Source: Sphyrna mokarran (lineage: Eukaryota). Taken from it: a DNA stretch of 64,000 bases. Below, one piece after another: positions 26,901-39,107 of this stretch (positions within the stretch are counted from its first letter, which is position 1; every line of letters starts with the position of its first letter). The notes under the pieces were generated by a model. It searched no databases. It was given only the letters and a program-made list of their open reading frames with translations, and was not told the origin of the DNA. The position numbers were made by a program, and so were the translations under genes. The DNA is taken from assembly GCA_024679065.1 (NCBI GenBank), contig JAGIQG010000026.1, forward strand, positions 36,890,001 to 36,954,000. Reading direction: 5' to 3'.

Positions 26901-29900
26901 CATGAGCCAATTTAACCTTCCTGTGAAACTTGTTTCTTACCTGATTTGTACAACATGAAAGATCTGTGCTCTGCGTCTATGCCAGCAGATATCGGTCCAA
27001 CTGTAGCCACTGCTGCAGCCAAATCCGCCTCAGAACCTGCTGCAATCTGCTTGACGCCTTTACAAGTTGCGACAATGTCATTTTGGTTGAATGTACAATT
27101 GCCATCCTGGAATAAAAAGTCAAGAATGCTCATTATATGCGGGATCCCAATGTGAGCCAGGAGTTTCCTGGCTGTGTTGCCGTAACTTGTTGGAAGTGCA
27201 GCTTTCTGGAAAAGATTAAGGTGGTGTTCTGGACTTCTTTCCATTCATCGCAAGTTGAATAAACAAAACCGATCGCCAACAAAACAATGAAGTTAAAGAG
27301 AAGAGTTACCTTTGCAGTGTATGGATAGGACTGCTCAGAAGCTATTCCCTTTTCTTTTATGAATAGGAAGCCAGCCAAGACAGATCCGCCATTGCACCCT
27401 GCATTTCCTACAGCTCTGCTACAATCCATCAGGTACTGCTCACTCAGGGAAATGAGCTTTCCTGTTTTCCTAAACACTTGTCCTTCAAGTACTCCAGTCG
27501 TACTGAAAGCCCAGCACGAGCCACATTGTCCCTAACAAAGAAATAAAAGTCTCAGTGAGTGGCAAAAGGTTTTTGGGCCAGATTTTCCAAAACCTCTTTT
27601 TCCAAAAAAGATTAGCCAGGAGTGAGCTAAAGAGTGAGTTGAGGAGAGCTAAAAGGGGACACGAGAAGACTTTGGCTGATAGGATCAAGGAGAATCCTAA
27701 AGCTTTCTTTAGATATGTTAAGAATAGAAGATTGGTTAGGGCAAGGTTAGGGCCAGTTATGGACAGCAGTGGGAAGTTGTGCGTGGAGCCTGAAGAGATT
27801 GGAGAGGCACTGAACAAATATTTCTCTTCGGTATTCACGCAGGGAGATGTAAATGTAGTTGTGGAGAACACTGGGATACAGGGTTGCAAACTGGAAAGTA
27901 TTGAAGTAGATAAGGAGGATGTGCTAGATATTCTTGAGGGTTTGAAGTTAGATAAGTCCCCTGGGCCGGACGGGATTTACCCTAGGATTCTCTGGGAGGC
28001 AAGAGAGGAGATTGCAGAGCCTCTGGCTCTGATCTTCAGGTCATCGTTGGTTACAGGTATAGTGCCGGAAGACTGGAGGATAGCGAATGTGGTCCCATTG
28101 TTCAAGAAGGGGAAGAGAGACTTTCCGGGGAATTATAGGCTGGTGAGTCTTACTTCTGTTGTGGGCAAAGTATTGGAGAGAATTATTAGGGATAGGATTT
28201 ATAGTTATTTAGAGAGAAATGAATTGATTGGGGATAGTCAGCATGGTTTTGTGAAGGGTAGGTCGTGCCTTACTAACCTTATTGAGTTTTTTGAAAAAGT
28301 GACCAAAGAGGTGGATGGGGGTAAGGCAGTTGATGTGGTATATATGGACTTTAGTAAGGCATTCGATAAGGTGGCCCATGGAAGGCTTCTGCAGAAAATG
28401 CAGATGTATGGGATTGAGGGTGATTTAGCTAATTGGATTAGGAATTGGCTAGCAGATAGAAGACAGAGGGTGGTGGTTGATGGAAGATATTCATCGTGGA
28501 GTTCGGTTACAAGTGGTGTACCTCAGGGATCTGTTTTGGGGCCCCTGCTGTTTGTAATTTTTATAAATGATCTGGATGAGGGTATTGAAGGATGGATTAG
28601 TAAATTTGCGGATGACACCAAAGTCGGAGGAGTGGTAGATAGTGAAGAGGGGTGTTATAGTTTGCAGAGAGACTTGGACAAGTTGCAGAGCTGGGCCGAG
28701 AGGTGGCAAATGGAGTTTAATGTGGAAAAGTGTGAGGTAATTCACTTTGGCAGGAATAACAAATGTGTAAGTATAGGGCTAATGGTAGGACTCTTAATAG
28801 TGTTGATGAACAGAGGGATCTTGGTGTATATGTGCATAGATCCCTGAAAGTTGGCAATCAAGTCGATAAGGTTGTTAAGAAGGCATACGGAGTCTTAGCT
28901 TTTATTGGTAGGGGGATTGAATTTCGGAGCCGCAACGTCATGTTGCAACTGTACAAAACTCTAGTGCGGCCGCACTTGGAGTATTGTGTGCAGTTCTGGT
29001 CCCCACATTATAAGAAAGATGTGGAGGCATTGGAGAGGGTACAGAGGAGGTTTACCAGGATGTTGCCTGGTATGGAGGGCAGGTCTTATGAAGAGAGGCT
29101 GAGGGATTTGAGGTTGTTTTCGTTAGAAAGAAGGCGGCTAAGAGGAGACCTTATTGAAACATATAAGATGATTAGAGGTTTAGATAGGGTGGACAGTGAT
29201 AGCCTTTTTCTAGGATGGAGAAAGCTAGCACGAGGGGACATAGCTTTAAATTAAGGGGTGGTGGTTTTAGGACAGATGTCAGAGGTAGGTTCTTTACCCA
29301 GAGGGTGGTAAGGGTATGGAATGCCTTACCTACGTCAGTTGTAGATGCGCCAAGTTTGGTGCCATTTAAGAGGTTAGTAGATAAGTTTATGGATGAAAGG
29401 GGAATGGTTTAGATTAGAGGGTCACTGCTTTTTCCTAATTGGTCGGCACAACATCGAAGGCCGAAGGGCCTGTTCTGCGCTGTAATGTTCTGTGTTCTAT
29501 GTTCTTGAGCCGCGGAATCCCTAGTGACCTCCAACATGCACCGGGGAACTCCAAATGTTCGCATAATGTCTCCAGAAACCAGCCTCTGACTTGACAAGCA
29601 GTTCTGCCTGTACTGCCACAGATGTCTGAGAAGGGTCTTGCAGACCCATTGGGTAATGCGGATCCCAATTTGGGAACTCCTCTTTCAGGGTTTTTCCTTT
29701 TTTTTTGGACAATTGAGGAATTCCCAAGGAAGACCATTGTTCAGGAATCCAGCAAGAGTGAAAAAGCTGAGATAGAAAAACCAAAGCAAAGCTGCAATAG
29801 TTACTGAAATAGGTTTTCAGAGCCTGGAGAAGGGGAATTGGGAGCAGCAGTGAGTGCAATGGACTTTTATCACATTGGGAATGCATGTGAGATGAAGGGA

Positions 29901-32900
29901 AAGCAAGATGGCTATTCAGCAGGAAGAACATTCAAAGGAGCAATGATCAGAAGAATAGTGATTTAAAAAAGAAGAGAAATTAGAGAAAACTAATCTTATA
30001 ATTGTAGAAACCTACAGTGCAGAAGCAGACTTTTTAGACCATTGAATCTGCACTGACTCTCCAACAGAGCAAGCAGTCCAGATTCTAAACCTATAACTTC
30101 ACGTACTTAACACATTAATTCCCCGAACCTACAAATCTTGTGATCTTTTGGCACAATTAAAATGGTCAATCGATATAACCAAACCTACATACCTTCGGAC
30201 TTTGGAAGGTAACGGGAACACCTGCGAGAAACCCACGCAGACACAGGGAGAACATGAAACCCCACACAATCACTCAAGGCCAGAATTGAACCTGGGTCCC
30301 TGGCACTATGAGGCAGTGCTAACCACTGCGCCACAATGCCGCCCCAAGCAATAAGGGCTTTTCTTTCAGCATCAGGGTTCTAAAGAAAGTGTTTACAATT
30401 GTGGTAGATATAGTACACAAAAGAAATTGGCCTGTAATTTCTGGTTTGATATATTGTGTCATTAATTAATCATGCAGACCTCAACTCATCATAGCAATCT
30501 GATCATTCATTGTTGCTTATGTTGACTATCATACAAAGTCACAGTGTTCTTCGTTGTGTTTATAATATTGTCAGTCACTGACAAACATCTCACTTTATTG
30601 CAGCATTTCCTTACCTGGTCCTTCACTGCAGTAACATAGCCTTTGGGACGCCAGTCAACAGCTGCAGGCAGTTCAACATTCTCCTGAGCCATAAACACTT
30701 TGGAAGTTGAGTTCTCAGCTTTCTTTGTGTTAGATACAGTCAAAAACTGCCTGAACTCCTCAGTGGTCTGGAAAGTCAAAAGTTTGTTACTTTACTAAGC
30801 TTTAAAGATTCTTTTATTACTTCACAGTGAATTTACATTAAGTTAACACTATTCACCCGCTAAACATCATGAAATGAAGTCTTGAGTGCAAGAAATTGGG
30901 ATGCTTGAAAATCAGTCAACAAATGAACTTTATTGACAAGTCACATCAGACAGCTACTCTTCTGGAATGTTCTCACTTGTCCTCACTTTCTACCATACCA
31001 GTCACCAGATTCAAAGGCTCATCCACCGCCATTTCCGCCAACTCCACTAAGGTGCCTCTTCCAGAACCATCTACCTTGAAAAAATAACATTTGGTAGCAC
31101 AAAAGTTGAATGTTGTTGAAAAACGCATGAGAATATGAACTCATACCCAGGAGGCTCAGCACCTTTCCTGATTGAATATCTGACAGAAGCCACTGCTCCT
31201 GAAATTTGGGCCTGGATTTTAGCATCTGGATGATTTTTGTGCGAGGTGGGATCAGGGTCGAGATTGAAATCTAGTTGTGAGGCAGAAAACCAATAAAAAT
31301 AGATTACCAAAATGTGCTGCAGAGTATTATGTTGCAAGGAGTGGAGTTCCTGCCCAAAGGAACCTGACTGATAGACTGGTGACCTAACCGATAGGAATCT
31401 ATGTCACAGGGATGAAGTCCTAAGAGTAAATGCAGAGAATTAGGCAGAAGGCTAAAGTGCAGGATCTTGAAGGTAGAAATTTCTGGATTACTACTGGCGC
31501 TACATGCTAGTGAGAGTAGGAATAGGAAAATTAGGCAGATGAATGCATGATATGAGAACTGGTGCAGGGATCAAGGATTTAGATTTGTGGATCATTGGGA
31601 TGTCTGCTATGGAAGGGGTGACCTGTCCAAAACGGACGGGTTATATCTGAAACTGGAGAGGGATTAATATCCTGGTGGGCAGATTTGCTGGAGACACTTG
31701 AGAGGGTTTAAACTAGTTTGGTAGGGAGGTGGAATCCAAAACAGTAAGTTGATGACAGCCCAGAGCTTAAAAAGAGTACATTAAATAGTGAAGGCAGTGT
31801 CATTAATCCTAGTACCAGACAGATCATGCAAAAACAGGACAGAGAGTAAGGGAAGTCCAGATTAGACTGCATTTATTTCAATGCAAGAGACCTGATGGGC
31901 AAGGCAGATGAGCTCAAGGCATGGATGGGTACATGGGACTGGGATACTGTAGCAATTACTGAACATGGCTAAGGGAACAACAGGACTAGCTGCTCAATGT
32001 TTCAGGGTATAGATGCAATAGCAAAGGTAAAACAGGAGGTAAGAGAGGAGGGGGAGTTGCATTTTTGATTAGGGAAAGCATCACGGCAGTTCTGAGAGGG
32101 GATATATCCAAGAGTTTGGCCACGGTTTCTCTATGGTAGAACTGAAAAATAAGAAGGGAGAAATCACTTTGGTAGGGTTATACTACAGGCCCCCAAATGA
32201 TCAGTGAGAAATTGTAGGTAAGGAAACGGCTGCAAGAAAAATAGGGTGATAATTGTAGGGAATTCTAACTTTTCCAATATTTACTGGGACTGCCATGGGA
32301 TTAAAGGTTTGGATGGAGAGAAATTTGTTGAGTGTATTCAGGAGGAATTTTTCATTCAGTATGTGGATGGCTCAACTACAGAGCGGGCGAAACTTGACCT
32401 CCTCTTGGGAAATAAGGAAGGGCAGGTGACAGATGTATTAGTGAGGGATCACTTTGGGACCAGTGACCATAATTCCATTAGTTTTACAGATAGCTATGAA
32501 GAATGATAGCCCAGAAGTTAAAATTCTAAACTGGGGCAAGGCCAATTTTAATGGTATCAAACAGGGACTTTCAAAAGTTAATTGGAGGCGTCTGTGGGAA
32601 GGCAAAGGAACGTCTAATAAGTGGAAGGCTTTCAATAGAGTGTTAATCAGTGTTCAGGGTAAGCACATTCCTCTTACAGTGAAGGGCAAGGCTACTAGAA
32701 GTAGGGAACTCTGGATGATTTGGGACATTGAGGCTCTGATCAAAAAGAAAAAGGAGGCACATGACATGTATAGGCAGCTGGGATCAAGTGGATCCTTTGA
32801 TGAATGTAGGGGGTGCAGGAGTTAAGAAAGAAATCAGGAGGGCAAAAAAAGGACACGAGATTGCTTTGGCAGATAAGGCAAAGGAGAATCCAAAGAGATT

Positions 32901-35900
32901 CTACAAATACATAAAGGGCAAATGAGTGACTAGGGAGAGAGTAGGGCTCCTTAAGGATCACAAGGTCATCTATGTGCGTGAATCCACAAGACACATACTT
33001 CTCATTAGTATTAACTGTTGAGAAAGACATGGATGTTCAGGAACTTGGGGAAATAAATAGTGATGTCTTGAGGAGTGTACATATGACAGAGAAGGAAGTG
33101 CTGAAAGTCTTAAAGCGCAGGAAGGTAGATGAATATCCTGAACCTGATGAATTGTATCTCAGGACGTTGTGGGAGGCTAGAGAGGAAATTGCAGGTTCCC
33201 TACCAAGATATTTTAGTCATTGTTAGTCACAGGTGAGGTGCCTGAAGGTTGGAGGGTGGCAAATGTTGTGCCTTTGTTTAAAAAGGGCTGTAAAGAAAAG
33301 CTTGGGAACTACAGGTTGGTGAACCTCACATCTAAAGTGGCTAAATTGTTGGAAGGCATTCTAAGAGACAGGATCTACAGGCAATTAGAGATGCAAGGAC
33401 TGATTAGGGACAGTCAGCATGGCTTCGTGAGTAGAAAATCATTTCTCAAAATTTGATTGAGCTTTTTAAAGGGGCATCTAAGAAGGTAGGTGAGGGCAGT
33501 GCAGTTGATGTTGTCTACACGGACTTTAGCAAGACCTTTGACAAGGTACAGCATGGTAGGTTGTTGGGATCCAGGATGAGGTAGCCAAATGGATACCAAA
33601 TTGGCTTGATGACGGAAGACAGGTAGTTATACAGGACTGTTTTTCAAACTGGAGGCCTGTGAACAATGGTGCGCCTCAGGGACCAATGCTGTGTCCACTG
33701 TCACTTGTCATTTTTATTAACGATTTGGATAAAATTTAGGGGGCATGGTTAGTCAGTTTACAGATGACACCAAGATTGGTAGCATAGTGGTCACTGAAGA
33801 AGGTTATCTCGGACTGCAACGAGATTTTGATCAATTGGGCCAGTGGGCTGACAAATGGCAGATGGAGTTTAATTTAAATAAATGCGAGGTAATGCATTTT
33901 GGTAGATTGAACTGGGCAGGACTTACTCAGTTAATGGTAAGGTATTGGGATAGTTATAGGACAAAAAGACCTAGGGGTACAGGGTCATAGCTCCTTGAAA
34001 GTGGATTCACAGGTGGACAGAGTGGTGAAGGAGGCATTTGACATGCTTTGTTTCATTGGATGGACATTGAATACAGGAGTTGGGATGTTTTGCTGAAGTT
34101 GTATAAGATATTGGTAAGGTCACACTTGGAATACTGTGTACAGTTCTGGTCACCTTATTGTAGAAAGGATATTACTAAACTAGAAAGCATGCAGGAAAGA
34201 TTTACTAGGATGTTACTGGGACTTGATAGTTTGAGTGATAAGGAGAAGCTGGATAGACTGGAACTTTTCTCTCTAGAGTATAGGAAGCTTAGGGGTGATT
34301 TATAGAAGTCTATAAACTAATGAGGGTCATACATCAACTAGACAGTTAATATCTTTTCCCAGAGTCTAAAACTAGAGCGCATAAATTTAGAGTGAGAGGG
34401 GAGAGATACAAAAGGGTCCAGAGGAGCATTTTTTTCACACAGAGGGTGGTGTCTGGAACAATCTGCCAGAGGTAGTAGCAAAGGTAGGTACAATTTTGTC
34501 TTTTAAAAAGCGTTTAAATAGTTACATTGGTAAAACAGTATTGAGGAATTTGCACCAAAATGTGGGCAATTGGGACTAGCTTAGTTGGTTTAAAAAAAGA
34601 GGCAGCGTGGACAAGTTGGGCCTAAGGATCTGTTTCCATGCTGTAAACCTCCATGATAGGACCAAAGCCTACATGAGGAAGAGGATGTGTTGGGAAAGTG
34701 AGAGAGATCTCAGGAGAGCTAGAAAGCAGAGAGAATTCAAATTGAGAGGGTTGGAATGGTTCAAAATCATAGGGGAAGCTCCAGGTTGCGAGGGAGTTGT
34801 CCCCGGTTTAAGTGGTCCAGATCATTGACATGTCACAAATTAAGGAGTGAGTGTGGTAATAATGGAGTGGGATGGGGCGGGGAGGGGGCAAGGGGCAGTT
34901 TCTATGATGATTTGAACGTCCCAAAAGAGAAGGAGGGGGGTCACAAACATGGGACAGGTTGCATGGTGGTTTCAGGGGAAGCCTATCAGCAAATGACAAA
35001 ACCATTTCCCACAGGCAAATTGAATCTGAAACAAAAGCAGAAAATGCTGGGAACATCAGCATGATGACAGTATCCGATTCTCACTCTAACAGAGAGCCAT
35101 CCAAACTTGGAGCATTAGATCTAGTCTTTCTCCAGACATGCTGTCCGACCTGCTGAGATTTTCCAGCTTTTTCTTTTTTGTTTCATTGCTGAAAACCTCA
35201 CTTAAAAATGGAAATGTGGCTTTGAGATAGGTTTGGATCCTGAATCTGATTCCTGGCATTTTAATCTGTGACATGACTCCTAACCCATCCATTATTGGGA
35301 GTTAATATTCAGTCCTTGGTTTCTCCGGTGTAGGGAGCTATCAGTTTTATCAGCAGCTGTTCATGTTGGATTCAGGAAGATGGTGGCAATGAGCTCACGT
35401 GTTTTATAATGAATAGCACTGTTCACTTTGCCAGCTGAGCAAGGTTCCCCTCTCGTGGAAGCTAATACCCATGTTCCTCAGTTGCCTATTGTCAACTGGT
35501 AATTATTCCTGTTAATGGGAAAAAGGCAGGATATATTTTAGATTAATATAGCTTCATGTTAACCTGCCTACGATAGAAGATTGCTACAGTATCAATCCTC
35601 CATGGGATACTCAATTATACAATGGCTGATTTCAAAGGGATACAAGTGTGTTTGGATGCTAGGATTCTTCTCACTCTATCCCAGGTATTTGTAAAGAGTG
35701 GGCTTAACCAGGCAAGCAGAAAGGAACTTTGTGTTAATAAACTGTGTGGTTTATCATTCCCTATCTCTCCCCACTGCCCATCAACTTTGTGTTCTGACCT
35801 TGGTCTCCTGCACACATCTGTCTCCCTTTGATGCGCAAATGGGACAACACAATTAAATGCCATTCCCCCATTGTCTGACATTCCTTCCCTAAATACTACC

Positions 35901-38900
35901 TCTTCCTACTTTAAGGGTCTCTTTAAAACTAACTCAAGCTCCATCCTAATATCTCCTTCCATATCTTATTGTTTACTTTACTAAGGGAAAGTATGTTGAC
36001 ACAGTTTCATGGTCATCATTAAACTTATAGGTGAACGAATATTATTTGTTTAAGTGTCTCATTCTCTTGGTTTTAAGACTCTTAAACATGGTATCAAGTG
36101 GCTGGATTAACCAAAAAATGTCTTACTTTGTAGATGCTGTCTAACTTGTTGAGTATTTCCAGTATATTCTGTTTTTATTTCAGATTCCTAACCTCTACAG
36201 GATTTTGCTTTTGCTTCAAATTTGCAATCGAGACTTGGAAACCTACAAAGTCTTTGTTTTATTGAATCATAGTTCATCTACAATGCACTATCAATCTTGA
36301 TTCATTGAAAGCACACTCAGTAGTGAATATTTCTCACCTCCATTTAGTACATACCAGATCTCCAAACTGATTCATTCCCACAGAAAATGTGTGTTTCCCC
36401 ATTGAATGCTCCAGGTTATGCTGTTCAATGAATCTCATATTATCTTCCCAAATCATTCTTCGCTGATTTCTCTCGTTCTAAAAACATTCACAGCAAAGTT
36501 AAATTTTAACTCCTACCATTACAAATTTATTTTATCACTTCAATAATACAATGGGAAAGAAACAGATTTTATATTCCACATTGATTTTCCCATTACTGTC
36601 ATAGCTCTGATTATCTGTGCTACAAAGATCATTTTTGCTGTTTAACAACAGATCTGTTGGATGGTGACTCTCCTCAAGGGCACCATCACTACTGGAAGTG
36701 GGTAAATTTCATTCTCTTCTCCCTGACCAGTTCTTTTTTTTTCAGTTTAATTTCCACTCTGCAGTGATAATCTACCATTAAATTGGAGGCAAATATTGTT
36801 GCTGGAGCTTTGTCCTTACAACAGCTTAAAGCACTGTGCACCACTACTTTTAATAGGAGAAGCACTCTTTTAAATGTAGATATCTGGTAAAAATCTCTAA
36901 TTCTTTCTTTTTATGGACCTTCTCTCCTGGTTGTTAGAATGGGCACAATTAACTGTTAACATTGCTGATCATCTTGGACAATATCTATAGAAGAGAGTCC
37001 CTTAGATTGGCCTTTCCTATTACTACCACCCAGTTCCGACCATCATCCTACCTGGATATCTAATCACTAAATGTAATAACTTGTCTGATTGCTTAAAAAG
37101 CCCCATATTCAGATTGTTAATGGCATAGAAATAGGTACCATTGCAATAACAGTAGATGATTACAAAGGAAATGAGTACAACTGCGGGAAATTGATTTCAC
37201 TGTCAGTAAATATGAGGTCATTCACCTTGGACAGGATAGAACTGAGCACTATCTAAATGGTGGAAAGCTAGAAACAGTGGCAGACAACTCACCAAAGTTT
37301 CTTCTACAGCACCTTCCAAACCTCTGACCTCTGCCAGTAAGAAGGGCAAGGGCAAAAACAAAAACTGCTTTAATTCCTCAACAGATTTGGAGTCTCAATC
37401 TCATACCTTGTTGACTTTAGGTCATTTCCATAAATTATTATTATGTAACGTTTTTGAATTGCTTTTCAGTAAGATTCCTTGACAAAATCAAAACTTATCG
37501 AAAAAGAGAGATAGGAAGGGAATATAGGAAATAATCTATCAGACTCTGATTATTTAATTAATTAAAATAATTATGCATTTCATCTTTAATTTGGAGAAAC
37601 AGTGGAAAATAAAACCCAATAAGAATTGATTAACAATTTAGTTGTTGAAATTATACACAATTATTCCAATACCTTCATGGCAAACCTCCCAATTTACAGC
37701 CTCAGTAAACTTGACTCAGTCAAAACTTTATGACTGTATCCCAACCCTCACCTAATTCTGTTCACCCATTATCCCCTCTTCTCGCTGACTTACATTGTCC
37801 AGAAAGGCCCCGTTCTAAAGTTTTCTCTTTTGGATCTCCAACTTGGGTCAGTGTTTGTGGGAGTTTGCACATTCTCCCCGTGCTTGCGGGTTTTGTCCGG
37901 GTGCTCTAGTTTCCTCCCACATCCTAAAAACATGATTGGTGTTAACAAATTATCCCTAAATTAGACCTCCCTTAATCTCTAATTTTCTAAATTTGCATGC
38001 CTTTATTGTGGAGTCCAAGAGGCATAGACAAAAGTTGTAGGTCGATGAAGGATTGGAATGAGGCATTCACTGAGTGTTAAAATGCATGGTGCGGGCTTGT
38101 AGGGCCGAAGGGCCTGTTTCCTGTGCTGTGTTGTTCTTTGTTTTTAATACCTATCCATGGACTCAATCTTCCCTCCCTTCCAACTCAACAAATCTCCAAA
38201 ATCTCAGCTTCCTCCATCTCAGAGCCCTTGTCCATTCCTGATTTACTCTGGAATTCCCTCCCTAAATCTAGGGATCTCTTTACCTCTCTTTCCTCCTTTA
38301 TGTGACATAGCGACACAATGGTTAGCATTGCTGCACCACACCACCAAGGAGCAGGTTGAATTCTAGCCTTGGTTGACTGTTTGTGTAGCATTTGCACATT
38401 CTCTTCATACATGCATGGGTTTCCTCTGGGTGCTTTGGTTTTCTCTCACAGTCCAAAGATGTGCGGGTTAGGTGGATTGGCCACAGTAAAATTGCCTCTT
38501 GATATCGGGGGATTAGCTGTGTAAATACATGGAGTTATGAGGATAGGCCCTAGCTAAAAAAGAAAAGAAGTGGGTTGGTGCAGGTATGATGAGGCGAATG
38601 GCCTCCTTCTGCACTGAGGGTTTCTATGATTAACCAACCTCTTTGACTAAGTTTTGTCTTAGCTGTCCCAAACTTCCTGGTCATGCTAAATTCTCCCTCA
38701 GTGTACCCAAACAGGCATTGCAGTATGGCAACTAGAGGACTTCCACAGTAACTTGATTGCAGTGTTAATGTAAGCCTACTTGTGACTAATAAATCAACTT
38801 TTGAACTTGAAAACTTCTTTTCACGGCTTAATGTTCAATTTTCTTTTATAAATGCCCCTGTGAAGCAATCAGCATGATAAATTGTTTTGAGTCAAATTTG

Positions 38901-39107
38901 AATTGTGCCAAATTGCTACAACTTTTACAAAGTAAATTCTCTGTAGAATGATCAACATTTACATCTCATTACCTCTTTGTACTGCTTATTATGAAATGAA
39001 GTCCAACTATTCCAGCCTTCATCCAATATTGGGTCAAACAGGAATGAGCCAGAGACTGAATCCAGAATGCAGACTACTGCACAGCCAGCAAACAGAGTGG
39101 ACTTCAT
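20889..39107 (-). CDS. Cathepsin L-like (L/S/K clade, C1A) preproprotease, gene A; join of 7 coding exons, 334 aa
   Basis: Exons 38973-39107, 36355-36477, 30615-30767, 27310-27531, 26941-27106, 23932-24037 and 20889-20988 sum to 1005 nt in an open frame with GT-AG introns. Signal peptide, I29 propeptide (ERFNIN-like, GMNQFGD), [15 protein letters not shown] and WIVKNSWG motifs are present. Confidence 0.96.
21480..23105 (-). mobile_element. Tx1/L1-clade LINE ORF2 fragment in gene A intron 7
   Basis: GC-rich; RT motifs [53 protein letters not shown]; frameshifted. Confidence 0.88.
23932..24037 (-). CDS. Gene A exon 7: (G)[34 protein letters not shown](S) (catalytic His, Asn)
   Basis: 106 nt, phase 1/2; TAG acceptor, GTAAAT donor. 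Confidence 0.96.
24889..25133 (+). mobile_element. HE1-like V-SINE, 5'-truncated
   Basis: V-domain and tail. Confidence 0.8.
25636..26697 (+). mobile_element. Young 5'-truncated CR1 LINE in gene A intron 6
   Basis: Open 314-aa ORF2 C-terminus with FADD; (gttctat)n tail. Confidence 0.95.
26941..27106 (-). CDS. Gene A exon 6: DGNCTF...[20 protein letters not shown](G)
   Basis: 166 nt, phase 0/1; CAG acceptor, GTAAGA donor. Confidence 0.96.
27310..27531 (-). CDS. Gene A exon 5: [10 protein letters not shown]...GCNGGSV...YPYTAK (catalytic Cys)
   Basis: 222 nt, open frame; TAG acceptor, GTAACT donor. Confidence 0.97.
27606..29504 (+). mobile_element. Young 5'-truncated CR1 LINE in gene A intron 4
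   Basis: Complete RT domain ([29 protein letters not shown]); single-base frameshifts near 28769 and 29210 relative to sister copies; gttctatgttc tail. Confidence 0.95.
30004..30343 (-). mobile_element. HE1-like V-SINE
   Basis: Head ggcggcattgtggcgcagtggttagcactg on the minus strand, V-domain, tail. Confidence 0.8.
30615..30767 (-). CDS. Gene A exon 4: TTEEFRQ...[19 protein letters not shown]
   Basis: 153 nt; pro/mature junction and oxyanion Gln; CAG acceptor, GTAAGG donor. Confidence 0.96.
31400..34656 (+). mobile_element. Old degenerate CR1 LINE in gene A intron 3
   Basis: End of ORF1, endonuclease (LDLLLGN, GTSDHN), RT ([17 protein letters not shown]) and [12 protein letters not shown]; same subfamily as 1485-5818. 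Confidence 0.9.
36355..36477 (-). CDS. Gene A exon 3: [41 protein letters not shown]
   Basis: 123 nt, phase 0/0; ERFNIN-like and GNFD propeptide motifs; TAG acceptor, GTATGT donor. Confidence 0.96.
38305..38630 (+). mobile_element. HE1-like V-SINE
   Basis: Head, V-domain, ttctatgatt tail. Confidence 0.8.
38973..39107 (-). CDS. Gene A exon 2 (first coding): [45 protein letters not shown]
   Basis: ATG at 39107; acceptor AG at 39118-39119; donor GTAATG; signal peptide followed by LDxxWxxWxxxHxKxY. Confidence 0.93.

Noticed and set aside
27555-28847. 430-aa ORF as a host gene or an active reverse transcriptase
   Set aside because: It is a 5'-truncated CR1 ORF2 with no endonuclease, a start in flanking intron sequence and downstream frameshifts. 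The ORFs at 4497-5510 and 25660-26604 are likewise truncated CR1 ORF2 pieces.
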